The notes beneath the pieces are model-generated. The model was not told where the DNA came from. It was given only the letters and a program-made list of their open reading frames with translations, and searched no databases. 64,000 bases of DNA. Source: Eledone cirrhosa. Taxonomy: Eukaryota. Shown here piece after piece: positions 44,435 to 56,328 of the stretch. Position numbers and translations under genes: made by a program. Positions within the stretch are counted from its first letter, which is position 1; the number at the start of each line of letters is the position of its first letter. The DNA lies in assembly GCA_964016885.1 (NCBI GenBank), contig OZ024743.1, positions 172,484,001 to 172,548,000 on the forward strand, in the 5' to 3' direction.

Positions 44435-45630
44435 CAGCCACCCTAGGAGCATAATTAACTCAATAGTTAAAAGCGTTTCCTATAGAGTGTCCACCCTGTC
44501 GGCAAATAGAACTATCTTCAACAAGCACGCGGAATACTACAACTCCGCACTTGTAAACGCTGGTTACATTGAGAAGATATCTTACACTGACCCAAATAGA
44601 ACCGCAACGCCGCGAAACCTAATCAAACCCTTAGAAACGCACATAGACGAGGACACCACACCTAGAACAACTACTAACCTAAGACCTTCCTTAGTCGGCA
44701 GCACAGGCAGTGTTACACACAACTGCTAAGGAGATAAAGCTATACTCTCCAACCCCAATAAGGACTCTGAATATCGCACGTGTATACGTAGTAATAGAAA
44801 CCCGAGACATAACGCCAATAGAATAGTAGGAACCCCTATGACAAATACGCCTGACCAAAACGCACCCACGCAACCACCAAACCACAACAACCACACTAAA
44901 CACCAGTACAACGCCCCATGGTACTCTATACACGTTGCCACCAATATACCGGGAACCTTCTTCAGAGCTCTGGAACAATCCTTCCCACCCACACATAAAT
45001 ACCACCAGCTCTTCAATAGACGCACTGTCAAATTCTCTTTCTCCACAGCACCAAATTTAGGCGACACGATAGTACACACTAATAGGACAAAAATACGCAA
45101 ACGCATGGTAGCTCTACAACAAACCACTAGCACAACCCAGAACGAAACGACAAACACAACACAACAAACCACATGCCATCTCCACACAGAATACGAACAA
45201 CCGACAACGTGCCATCAAACCTCTAACCCCCAACTGCAACTGCAAAAAGCGGGAAGAATGCTCACTAAACGGGGTGTGCCTCGTTAAAAACATTATTTAC
45301 AGGTGCGATGTCACAGTTGGCAGAAAAGAGTACTTCTATATAGGTGCGATCTCGACTACGTTTAAGGAGCGCTGGTATAACACAAGCTCAAACGATCCCA
45401 AACTAGATTGACCGACTTGATCTGGGACCTCAAAGACAAGAACATCGAATTCCAGATCATATGGTCAGTTCAAAGACGCGTGGCCCAACTCCCCAGCGAC
45501 AGAAACCACTGCAGGTTGTGCCTGGCCGAGGCGGCTGAAATCATTGAAATCTGCCATAAACTCTAGGTCTGACAAAATTATAAATTGCAGACACACCAGG
45601 TTGAATACCTTCTCTGCACAAACATTTGGC
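44435..45630 (+). pseudogene. Decayed PLE thumb-linker-GIY-YIG
   Basis: SHP..IVKSVS.RVSTLS..YYNSALVNAGY; FPPTHKYHQLFNRRTVKFSFS; CNC..C; FYIGAIST.FKERW; CRLCL. Confidence 0.8.
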
Positions 45631-47409
45631 CGAGGGCCACACACTAACCCTGACTCAACATAGTGATAACCACCTTTGCCTTGCCACACCGTCCCTCATC
45701 TCAGTGCATTTGTCTTATATAACATGTAACTCTTTGTAAGTTCAGATTTTGTAAATATCATGTCGCATCCATCACCCCACCAACAGATACATAGCCATAC
45801 ATCCCTCATCTTAGTACCATTGTGGTCTATCTGTCCTCTGTGTCAGGTTTTACCTTGTAAACCATCGTAAAATCCGATCCTGTATATATAATGTCGTACA
45901 TATCACCCCATCGCCACCACCACCATACACATCGCTATACATCCACCATCCCTCATTCACAACCTTGTTTTCCCCGTGTTCCCTATGTCATTTTTTAACC
46001 TGTTATCCATCGTGAAATATGTTATCCATCCTGTAAATATTTTGTCGCACACACCACAACCGCCACCACCAAGCACATTTCCATAATTCAACAATCATAA
46101 ACATCACAAAAAATATCATCCCTCCCTAAACAACATTTCCTTCGTTATATATATATATATATATATATAACGAAGGAAATGTGGTAAGGAATCAGGTGGA
46201 CCATAACGTAACAAAGTGCTCAATACTTAGGGTAGTAGAGTGGGTAATAGGAACGAGTAGGACCCCGACGGCTGAGCTCAAGCCGTTTCGACGGCTAATT
46301 CTTGACTCAGAATATATATATATGTGCAGATAAATCTACCAAAATATACGGTAGTGTTCAATTCGTTTGAAGAACTCAATGTAATCCAAATATCATGAAA
46401 AGAGAAGATGCATTCAAAAATTTTCGATGAAAATCCCAGGAAAACAGAGTCAAGATAAATTAATAAAAACAATGAATAAAAACAAAGAACACGTTCCTTA
46501 TATTAAAAAAATCATCATTTTACGATCGTTTCTAGGAAATATATGTGTGTTGATATGTATATCATATAGATCTATGTAAAAATATTTTACAAACTATCAG
46601 AGGAAATATACATACCTTCACATATATATGCTGTCTTCAGAAATAATGATATTTGTTTATTGAAAAAAACCAACAAAGATTTAATATAATAAGTCTGTTT
46701 GAGAACAGGTTTTGAATTGACCAATAGAAAAGTAATAAGAGGTCAAGTTGATACAATAGTAGTAGTAGTAGAAATTTAATTTAGGGGTAGAGGAATGCAG
46801 ACTTAAGTTTTGAATGGAAAGAATACTTTGAATGAAAAGAATACTTTGGGGATGAAAAGAGGTCAAGCCGGTGAAGGGTATATGAAAATTTGATGCTATT
46901 AAAGAATAATGTTAATGTTAAAACCGAAGAAGAATAACATTTTAGGGTAAAGGTGTTAGTGAGAAATACCACTCTTATTTAAAACACAAGGAATTTAGAT
47001 CTATAACAAGAAATTAAATTAATTGATAGGTATACTTATAGGGATAAATTTATATTAATTCATATGGATGTGATAAATAAGAATTAGATGTTATTAAAGA
47101 ATGTTGTTAAAAATTTGATGTTATTAAAGAATAATGTTAATGTTAAAACCGAAGGAAAATAAAATTTTGGGATAAATGTAGTAGTGAGAAATACCAATCT
47201 TATATAGACTACAAGGAATCTAGATTCATAACAGGAAATTAAATTAATTTATATATATACTTTTAGGTATTAATTTTAGGAAAAGAGAGCTGTAAGAGGG
47301 AAATAAAATTATGAAGTTCTCTGTAGTAAAGTACTAATAATAGGTTAACAAAATAAAAAAAAAATAATAAAAATAATATGTAAAATATAAGTGTAAGGTG
47401 TATATTAAT

Positions 47410-47830
47410 TAGGTTTATAATATTTGAAAGTTCTTCTAATTCTATGATTGCAAGATATAATTAATTCGCTTATTTAATAGGATATCTTTAGATTTCATTA
47501 TTTCAAAAAGTTCCTGGGAGCATAATCTACACTCATATCTGTTATGTTGATAAGGGGTGGCCCTTTTGAGCACACTCCAGGTCCGGTTGTAATCGATATT
47601 CTTTTTTCTATAATTATTAATTGTTTCAGCCAATGATGTTGTATTAGCTAATGCGGCATTTTAAAAACTATGTTTGTGGGTATTAAATCTTACTTTAAAT
47701 TGGTTAGACGTAGCTCCTATATATGAATAAGTTGAGTCCTTAGTGCTAATTTTACATTTATATACTATGTTATTAATAAGACAATTTCCCTTTAATGGGC
47801 AATTTCTTTTGTTGCTACAGTTACAACCTT
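47410..47830 (-). pseudogene. Decayed PLE GIY-YIG
   Basis: CNCSNKRNCPLKGNCL..IVYKC..SYIGATS..FKVRFNTH; CRLCSQE..LLNKR. Confidence 0.8.
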
Positions 47831-48267
47831 CGTAAATATTATAATAGGGGAGTTAGTCAAATTTGGTGTAGAATTTACTCGACTTGTTATATGTGAAGGA
47901 GATGGTGGTTTGTTGCAATTTATTTTAGTATTATGGTTGGTTTGATGTGTTGGTGGTATATTCGTAGTTTTTTTTTACATTTATATGCATTGTACGTACT
48001 TATATTTTGTTGTATATTTTTGGTAGTGGAGTAGGAAAATTTGACAGTTGATCTATTTAAAATTTGATGCTATTTATGGTTTGGCGGGAAGTTTTTCTCT
48101 AGGATAGTAAACATTTTTTTAGGGATATTATCTTTAATTTGTAGATTACTCACTGCCACCAAGAATTCTCACTGCTATCGAAAAACCACTCCTTCAACTA
48201 TTCTTCTAACAACTTCACCCCTCCCTCCTAATATTCTCTATAAAAACTAAATAGGTCCTCAGTAATA

Positions 48268-48384
48268 TTATTCTGATGAAATGACAGTAAATAATAACAT
48301 TGAAATATTGAATGTCTGCATAACTAAAAGTTTGTAGATAGCTGTTTTAGGTTATGTAACTGTTATAGAAACACGTGTCAATAA
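48268..48384 (+). ncRNA. Type-I hammerhead with 88-nt branched stem II (5' pLTR)
   Basis: ttatt CTGATGA a atgacagt...actgttat a GAAA CACGTG TC aataa; internal hairpins acatt/aatgt and tgcataac/gttatgta. Confidence 0.72.
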
Positions 48385-48588
48385 ATTCCTTTCAACTAAA
48401 CTGTATCCATTCAAATCTTTCTATTTTTCTCCGGATTACTTTTGGAACTACAACTGGAACCGTCGAGCAAACTCTACGTGAGCTGATAATCTACTGTGTG
48501 TAATATTTATATTACAACACAACGGAAAATACTGTATATTTACCTCCTGTAAAGTCGAGCAACCCACACAGCAAACGCAACCACAACT

Positions 48589-50910
48589 ATGGAAAAACAC
48601 TACCTGGATATGTCACTCAAAAACATACCAACCCAAGGTAGAAAGGAATATTTATTGAGCATGATTCAAAAAACTAATGAATTCATTCGACGTGTCAGGT
48701 GGAAAACGCTCCACTATGATAGAAGCCGTATGAACTCAACATTAGAAAGTGGTGTAAACAACAAATTCGGTTTTAGGACTTGTAAAAACCCACCCACCAA
48801 CCCACTATTAGATGCATTTGAGCAGGACCTTATGAACTTAATCCTTAAAATTAAATTCAAAGGACGCAACACCAACAGCAAATTACAGAAAGATATAAAA
48901 AAACTACTGGACGACCTTAAAAACACCAAAGGAATTGTAGTAAAAGCGGACAAAACATCAAACCTGTACACTATGGATTGCACTACATACAACAACTTCA
49001 TTCGAAAAGAATTACATAAAAAATATAGAAAAACGAGTGAAGTAACCCTTAAGCACATCAATGATGAGGCATGCGAAATAGTGAAAAATCTCGGAATCGA
49101 AGATAGGACAGGACCACTCTTACCGGCGGTACCCACCTTCAATCTTAAGGACCACAAGGTAAACTTTGATAATGACCCTAAAATTAGATTAATCTGCCCC
49201 TCTAAATCAGATATAGGTAAAATAAGCAAATATATCTTGGATAGAATCATCCCCCAAATTAAGGCTAAGGTTAACATTAAACTCTGGGGGAAGACCCAAG
49301 AAGCAATAAGATGGTTTAATAGCATTAGCAATAAGAATAAATCTAAGTTTATCCAGTTTGATATCGATGAATATTACTCATCGATATCACCTGAAACTTT
49401 GAATAGAGCCATTAAGTTTGCTAAGGATAACTCTGACCTTACAAACGATGAAATTAAGATTATATTAGAAGCTAGGAAAACTATAGTCAAATTTGAGAAC
49501 AGTTATTGGGTACGTAAAGATAGACCCTCTAACTTTGACATAACAATGGGCTCTAACGATTCGGCGGAAATAACTGATATTGTGGGGTTATTTATCGCCT
49601 TTAGACTCCAGGAAAAATTCAGCAATCTCCACGGCGGAATATACCGCGACGATATTCTCCTCCTAGCTAAAAACCTTAATAACCAAAAACTAGAAAAACT
49701 ACGCAAAGATATAAGAAAACTACTACTCGAAATAGGACTAACTATAACATATGAATACAACCTTAAAGTAGTTAACTTCCTGGATGTCACACTCAATTTA
49801 AACTCTGGTTTGATTAAACCGTTTCATAAATTGAATGAAAATCTCAAATACGTAAATGCTGGGTCTAACCACCCCATCTCTATAATTAAATCTATCCCTA
49901 AAAATATTTCCCTTAGAATCTCGGGTCTATCTTCTAACATACAAGTATTTAAGGAACACGCCGAGTACTACGATAACGCCCTTAGTAAAGCAGGCTACCT
50001 CAACAAAATAGAGTACATAGATGGGAACAATCAAAACACCCAAAATAAATCCCACATAGGTAGATATAATAACACAACACCAAACCACACTTACTACCAT
50101 AGTATGCACACCAGTAAACCAACAAACAAAACTAATAGAAAGCGATGCAAAGAGTACTTATGGTATAACCCCGAATACAATAGCTCCATTAGTACAAATT
50201 TACCAGTACTCTTCTTTAAAATAATTAAAAGACATTTTCCCACATCACACAAATACCACAAAATCCTAAACCCTACCACTATAAGACTGTCATACTCTAC
50301 AGCGTTAAACCTTGAACAACACATAAAAAAGATCAATACTAGAAGGTTAAACGAAAACACTAAGAACTTAAGTACAAAGAACACAAAAAAAACAGTAGAC
50401 AATACACTACAGAACATAAATAAACCACACCTAAGTTCGTCCGCAATACTACTCCAGAGAAAACCCAACGTACACAACTGTAACTGCACCTATCCTGACA
50501 ACTGCCCCCTCGGCAATAACTGCCTGGAAAAAAATATTATTTATAAGTGTACCATTAAATCCGGAGGCAACGAGTGGTATTACGTGGGATCAACGGCAAC
50601 ATCGTTTAAATCTCGATTGTATAGGCATTCTTACTCAATAAAACACCAGAGCCAAAGAAATGTAACAACTTTAGCAGAAAAAGCTTGGACGCTCAGGGAT
50701 AGCGATCAAAAGTTTACCCTAAAATGGGAAAAATTAGCTAAAACCCAAAGCTTTTCCAGGAGCCAAAATTTCTGCAAATTGTGTAATCTTGAGATTTATT
50801 ACATAATCACACACAAGAAGAAACTGCTGAATAACAGAATTGAACGAACATTATTCTGCCGTCACAGAACTAAAACCCTTTTTTCCCACTACAAGCCGAA
50901 TATTACATAA
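48589..50910 (+). CDS. PLE reverse transcriptase + C-terminal GIY-YIG endonuclease, 773 aa (YRDD/CNC type, probably Nematis-like)
   Basis: KADK, LKDHK..RLI, FDIDEYYSSI, ITMGS, GGIYRDD, NFLDVTL, SNHP, WYNP, CNC..CPL, IIY..YYVGST, RH..CKLC..CRH; no stops. Confidence 0.95.
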   Translation: MEKHYLDMSLKNIPTQGRKEYLLSMIQKTNEFIRRVRWKTLHYDRSRMNSTLESGVNNKFGFRTCKNPPTNPLLDAFEQDLMNLILKIKFKGRNTNSKLQKDIKKLLDDLKNTKGIVVKADKTSNLYTMDCTTYNNFIRKELHKKYRKTSEVTLKHINDEACEIVKNLGIEDRTGPLLPAVPTFNLKDHKVNFDNDPKIRLICPSKSDIGKISKYILDRIIPQIKAKVNIKLWGKTQEAIRWFNSISNKNKSKFIQFDIDEYYSSISPETLNRAIKFAKDNSDLTNDEIKIILEARKTIVKFENSYWVRKDRPSNFDITMGSNDSAEITDIVGLFIAFRLQEKFSNLHGGIYRDDILLLAKNLNNQKLEKLRKDIRKLLLEIGLTITYEYNLKVVNFLDVTLNLNSGLIKPFHKLNENLKYVNAGSNHPISIIKSIPKNISLRISGLSSNIQVFKEHAEYYDNALSKAGYLNKIEYIDGNNQNTQNKSHIGRYNNTTPNHTYYHSMHTSKPTNKTNRKRCKEYLWYNPEYNSSISTNLPVLFFKIIKRHFPTSHKYHKILNPTTIRLSYSTALNLEQHIKKINTRRLNENTKNLSTKNTKKTVDNTLQNINKPHLSSSAILLQRKPNVHNCNCTYPDNCPLGNNCLEKNIIYKCTIKSGGNEWYYVGSTATSFKSRLYRHSYSIKHQSQRNVTTLAEKAWTLRDSDQKFTLKWEKLAKTQSFSRSQNFCKLCNLEIYYIITHKKKLLNNRIERTLFCRHRTKTLFSHYKPNIT

Positions 50911-51199
50911 AAGAGGGACATCCCCCAACTCTATAAACCTTAATCTAGTTAGAAAAATATAAAAACAATCTCTTCTCAACATATATTAATAACCTTAAAT
51001 TACCATACTAATAATGAAAAGATATGCTGATGAGAATAGGTACAAATATGCGATAATGAATGTGTCTAAAAACGTCCATAAGTATGTATATATATGTGAA
51101 AATGTATATAAATAAGTAAATATATATATATGTTTGATGTGTATAGTTTGATGTAAGTGTATTCATGTATTAAAGTGCTTATATATATATATATATATA

Positions 51200-51298
<99 letters not shown>

Positions 51299-51854
51299 AT
51301 ATGTGTATATGGATGTGTATGTATGTGTATGTGTGTACACATGGACTAGAGTATGTATGTATATATGTGTGTGTCTATACGTGTGTATATAAAGATAAGT
51401 TGAGTATGAAAATGTATACACATGAGCGCGTATGTATGTACATGAATACATGTGTGTATATATATGTGTATGCATGTGTATATATATGTAAGTATGAATA
51501 TGTGAATTGTGAGTATATGTATTTTGTAGAGGTGTACAAATATATTTGTGTGTGAATGCGTGGGTGAAAGGATACGTACACTTGAAAGAAAAATTTAAGT
51601 CTGAATGTTAATTAAGTGCAAACACAAAACCAACCACGCATATCTTTACTATCTCTAATCCTTCTATAGATTTAGAAAAATAACCAATAATATATTCTAT
51701 AAAAAATGTCAAAACAACAGATGGGAATCTAATTACTCACTGCCACCAAGAATTCTCACTGCTATCGAAAAACCACTCCTTCAACTATTCTTCTAACAAC
51801 TTCACCCCTCCCTCCTAATATTCTCTATAAAAACTAAATAGGTCCTCAGTAATA

Positions 51855-51971
51855 TTATTCTGATGAAATGACAGTAAATAATAACATTGAAATATTGAAT
51901 GTCTGCATAACTAAAAGTTTGTAGATAGCTGTTTTAGGTTATGTAACTGTTATAGAAACACGTGTCAATAA
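51855..51971 (+). ncRNA. Hammerhead with 88-nt stem II (3' pLTR)
   Basis: Same sequence as 48268-48384. Confidence 0.72.
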
Positions 51972-52120
51972 ATTCCTTTCAACTAAACTGTATCCATTCA
52001 AATCTTTCTATTTTTCTCCGGATTACTTTTGGAACTACAACTGGAACCGTCGAGCAAACTCTACGTGAGCTGATAATCTACTGTGTGTAATATTTATATT
52101 ACAACACAACGGAAAATACT

Positions 52121-52189
52121 GTATATATATATATATATGTATATATATATGTGTGTATATATATGTACATATATATATGTATATATATG

Positions 52190-52226
<37 letters not shown>

Positions 52227-52257
52227 GTGTATATATATGTACATATATATATGTATA

Positions 52258-52335
<78 letters not shown>

Positions 52336-52400
52336 GGTATCTATGTATATATATATATGTATGTATCTATATATATATATACAAACATATGTATATATAT

Positions 52401-52437
<37 letters not shown>

Positions 52438-52602
52438 TATACATATATATATACATATATATATATATATACATATATATACATATATATATACATATAT
52501 ATACATATATATATACATATATATATATACATATATATACATATATATATATACATATATATATATATACATACATATATATACATATATATACATATAT
52601 AT
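52121..52602. repeat. Compound (TA)n array with TG/CA interruptions
   Basis: Directly visible; lies between two tail-to-tail PLEs. Confidence 0.95.
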
Positions 52603-55130
52603 TAATAAAAGGAATTCCAACTTTGTCTGATTTACTCGTTTTATTTACAATCCTTTAAAATTTATAATGGTATTATAATGAAATAGTATAGTAGAATATT
52701 AAATGTTAAGTGTTAATTGAACAAGTACTTTCATGCTTTCGCAATCTTCAGGTTCATATTCTGTGGTGACAGTCAAGTTTGCAATTTTCAACTGTAATGA
52801 GATGGGTAAATTTTGTGCCTTATATACAGTGAAAAGTAGCCACAGAATGCTAAATCTTTCAAACTGTATTTCGACCAATCGGTGTGTAGTTTCACTGGAT
52901 TATTAAAGCTGGTTGGTTTAGGCGTCACGGTTGGTTGAACATGTCTAACGACTACTATATGACCCTATCCAAAGCATCAATTGTTTTGCTATTTTTAGAA
53001 ATGATGAAAATAGCATTTTCTAGTAATCATCAACATCACTTTTATTATTATTATTGTTGTTGTTGTTAGTGGTCGTAGTCATAGTCATAGTAGGATTAAT
53101 ACCCCATTATTCATTTAGCTTGGGCTGGAATTTATCAAGAAAATTCTTTTCTTTGATTTTTCTCTTGATTTCACTTGGGCTGTGTAATTTGTAGAATGGA
53201 AATATTATAAATATTCTCTGACCACATGTTGCTAGATGGTTACTCCGGGGTATCTGACGGACATTTGGGTTTCTGATTTGCTGTCGGTGTACCCGTGCAC
53301 GTTCTGATAGTGCATTTCCAGTTTGACCGACATATAGTTCTTCACAATTCGGGCATTTAATGCAGTAAATTAGATTTCGCAGTTAATTAAATTTTTGCAG
53401 TTCATATTTGCATTTGGGAATATTTTTCCAGTTTATGTTTTCATATATTGACCGGTGTGTATGGATTGGCATGTGCCACATCGACTATCATTACATTTAG
53501 ATACAGTGAATGATTGGTCTTTGTTTGTTAAGGTCAAACTTTGCTTTTGTTAGTAATTGCTTCAAATTTTTCGGCTGTCTTTTACTAAGAGTCAAAGATC
53601 GATCTGTGATTAAGCCTTTTAATTCATTACTTTGAGCAAGGTTTGCTTTGGCAGTGTTGAAGATATTCTGGTGACATGGATTGTGTGTCAGTATAAATGG
53701 TATTACCAGTTCTTGGTTTCTTCTTCCTTGGGCTGTCCTAAGTTGTTGTATAGGTATTTTTATAGCCCACTGTATGCCATTTTCTATAAGTAGAGATGGG
53801 TATTTTTGTCTGAGCAAAAATTCTCTTAGTTCTGTTAGTATCTTCTACAATGGTACAAATTCTTCTGGCTAGGCAGTATGGGATGTTGCGTTTTGTATGA
53901 GGTGGATGGCACGACTTAAAATTCAGATATTGATGGGTGTCTGTGAGTTTATAATATATATCCGTGGTAATGGTGGTGTTGTTTTTTATTACCATTATAT
54001 CTAGGAATGGTAATTTGGTACTATTCATCTCTTTTGTGAATTGGAAAGATGGGTGTAGGTTATTGAGGAGGATATTGAACTCATCCAGAGTATCTAGAGA
54101 TTCTGTCCAGCTGATGAAACAGTCGTCAAGGTATCTCTTCCAAGATTTTTCAATGTACTTTCTAAAGTCAGTACTATATTATTCCTCTATTTCTTGGTAG
54201 AGTTGTTGTTCTAAGTATCCCATTACAGAGTTTGCGTAAATGGGAGCAAACTTCGTTCCCATCGCTGTCTCTCTAATTTGGATATAATTCTTTCCATTGA
54301 AGAAGAAAGTGTTGTTTTCCAGAATAAGTTTGACTGCGTCTAATATAAATGGCGCTGTGAATCTGGTAGGAATCACTTCTCTATGTTTTTCCACCCAATA
54401 TTTAACCGCCTTTATTCCTAAGTCATGTGTAATGTTGGTGTAAAGGCTTACCACATCAAAACTAAGTAGAAGTGAATTCGTTTCCGTGGTTTTGGGAAGA
54501 TGGGACAGGAAGTCGATATCATCCCAGATGAAACTGGGTATGTGAATACATAGTGGTTTCAAAATAATGTCAACAAAATTGCTTAGACGGTGGGTAGGGC
54601 ATGTTGGACCAGCTATAATAGTTTTAAGTCGTTTGGGTGTAGTAATTTAATGTACTCACTGTTTTGTTCTTTTACTGCCAGTTGTATTTCTTTTGACTTA
54701 TGAACTTTCGGTAGGCCATACAGGTTGCTGGGTTTTGGCTCAAAATTGGCGATGTAGTCTCTTTCCTTATCAGTAAGTGAGTTATGGTATTTTGAAGCCA
54801 GGTTGTTGATCTTCTTCATGATGTTGTGGTCTATATTTGACGGTATTTCATGATAGAATGTTGTGTCTTTCAGTTGTTCCTCAACCAAATCTTTGTAGTA
54901 TTCAGCATCCATTATAACAACTGCACCCCCTTTATCTGCTTGTTTAATTATTATTGGTTTATCATTTTGTATGCGTTTAAGTGCAGACATTTCTGATTTG
55001 TTAATGTTTGACCTGACATTAGTATTAGGTCTAAGAGGAAATTTAGACAGGATGTCAATGTATTGGTCGAGATAGATATTTCTTCCTTTTGGCGGAGTGA
55101 AATTTGATTTATTCTTTACTAGTGAAATTT
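52603..55130 (-). mobile_element. Neptune-like PLE, 5'-truncated and frameshifted
   Basis: IKQADKGGAVV, YGLPKVHK, FDVVSLYTNI, AMGTKFAP, YLDDCF, DIYYK.TDTHQYL.F.SCHP, C..RC..C linker, NLIYCIKC..C..LYVGQTG. Confidence 0.88.
52718..52756 (-). ncRNA. Minimal type-I hammerhead of the Neptune-like PLE
   Basis: Minus strand: tgaac CTGAAGA t tgc-gaaa-gca t GAAA GTAC TT gttca. Confidence 0.8.
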
Positions 55131-55620
55131 GTATGTTTTGAAACAGCGAGCAAGTTTGAAATTAGAAAATAGAAGCTTTCACCGTATTTTTTTACTAAAG
55201 AAATTTTAGCCTGATAGTGGGGTTTAGAACCAAAGGTGTGGGTTCGACTCCCATGTACGTCAATACTCATCTTTTTCCCATTTCTCTGAGGGTTCTAAAT
55301 CCCACTATCAGGCTAAAATTTCTTTAGTCAAAAAATACGGTGAAAGCTTCTATTTTCTAATTTCAAACTTGCTCGCTGTTTCAAACCATACTTACTTGTC
55401 ATCATACTTGCTAAGAATGTAGCTTCTAATTTGAATGGAAGGAGATGGGTGATGTGTTGGTGTAGTGGTAGCACAGTGGTCTGGATAACCAAAGATGTGG
55501 GTTCGACTCCCATGTACGTCAATACTCATCTTTTTCCATTTCTCTGAGGGTTCTAAACCCCACTATCAGGCTAAAATTTCTTTAGTAAAAAAAATACGGT
55601 GAAAGCTTCTATTTTCTAAT
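55131..55620 (+). mobile_element. ~259-bp tandem unit with inverted head and internal tRNA-like domain
   Basis: Inverted arms 55131-55231/55291-55391; direct repeat 55228-55360/55487-55620; ends at (TA)n. Confidence 0.75.
55451..55521 (+). ncRNA. tRNA-like cloverleaf (SINE-type head, probably not a functional tRNA)
   Basis: Acceptor gatgtgt/gtacgtc (GU-rich); D arm gtgt..gcac with A box tggtgtagtgg; anticodon arm tggt-ctggata-acca; T arm gtggg-ttcgact-cccat. Confidence 0.65.
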
Positions 55621-55650
55621 ATATATATATTCCGTATAACCATGACTAGT

Positions 55651-55691
55651 CCGAGCTGAAGATCCGCATAAAGTGAAACAATTTTTCTCGG
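55651..55691 (+). ncRNA. Degenerate hammerhead
   Basis: ccgag CTGAAGA tccgcataaagt GAAA caattt TT ctcgg: 5-bp stem I, weak stem II. The flank is shared with 39303-39336. Confidence 0.45.
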
Positions 55692-55876
55692 TATGGTGAA
55701 CTAACTGTTGTGTTACTACCAAACTCGTCCCATGGACTGAGTGCTCTACCACTACGGATATTACCTTCCAGTGTTCTACCGCTATATATATATATTATAC
55801 TTACGGTAAACATTGATGCAATTCAATTCCAGCATTCTAAGTACTTTTCCATATAGGAATGTCTGAGTATATTTAG

Positions 55877-56250
55877 TATAAGAAAATGCGAAGAAGTTTC
55901 ATATGTGAAAGTCCTTTATTGATAAGGCTATGATACATATTTCAATGACGTCAGTGGCCACACGATTCAGCCTAACCAGTGCCATGATCTCATCAGATAG
56001 CTTCTTACATGATAAGGTTACGTTCTCGAGGCAATCCAAATTAAAACGACAAGGGAACGGAGAAAGATGATGTTCTTGAAGCCTTCGCGCGTTCCCTTGT
56101 GAGTCGAGAATCTTGTTATGCAAGAAGCTGTCTGATGAGATCATGGCACTGGTTAGGTGGAATGGCGTGGCCACTGTCGTCATCAAAAGTGTATCACTGC
56201 CTTATCAATAATGGACTTTAACATCTTTAATACCTTGCATTTTCTTATTC
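55877..56250. mobile_element. Inverted-pLTR remnant with a hammerhead in each arm
   Basis: Arms ~55877-56016 and ~56112-56250 are diverged reverse complements. Confidence 0.75.
55927..56001 (-). ncRNA. Type-I hammerhead with 46-nt stem II (decayed partner at 56127-56200 +)
   Basis: Minus strand: gctat CTGATGA gat c atggca c tggtta..tggcca c tgacgt c att GAAA tatgta TC atagc. Confidence 0.72.
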
Positions 56251-56262
56251 TCTCTCGCTGTA

Positions 56263-56328
<66 letters not shown>

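Larger units (their letters stand above)
48145..52126 (+). mobile_element. Apparently intact Penelope-like element with 395-bp direct pLTRs (48145-48539, 51732-52126)
   Basis: The repeats appear identical by eye (offset 3587). Uninterrupted ORF; the 3' end joins a (TA)-rich array. Confidence 0.95.

Noticed and set aside
55451-55521. Functional tRNA-Ser(GGA)
   Set aside because: No long variable arm, a GU-rich acceptor stem and a repeat context; treated as a tRNA-derived domain.
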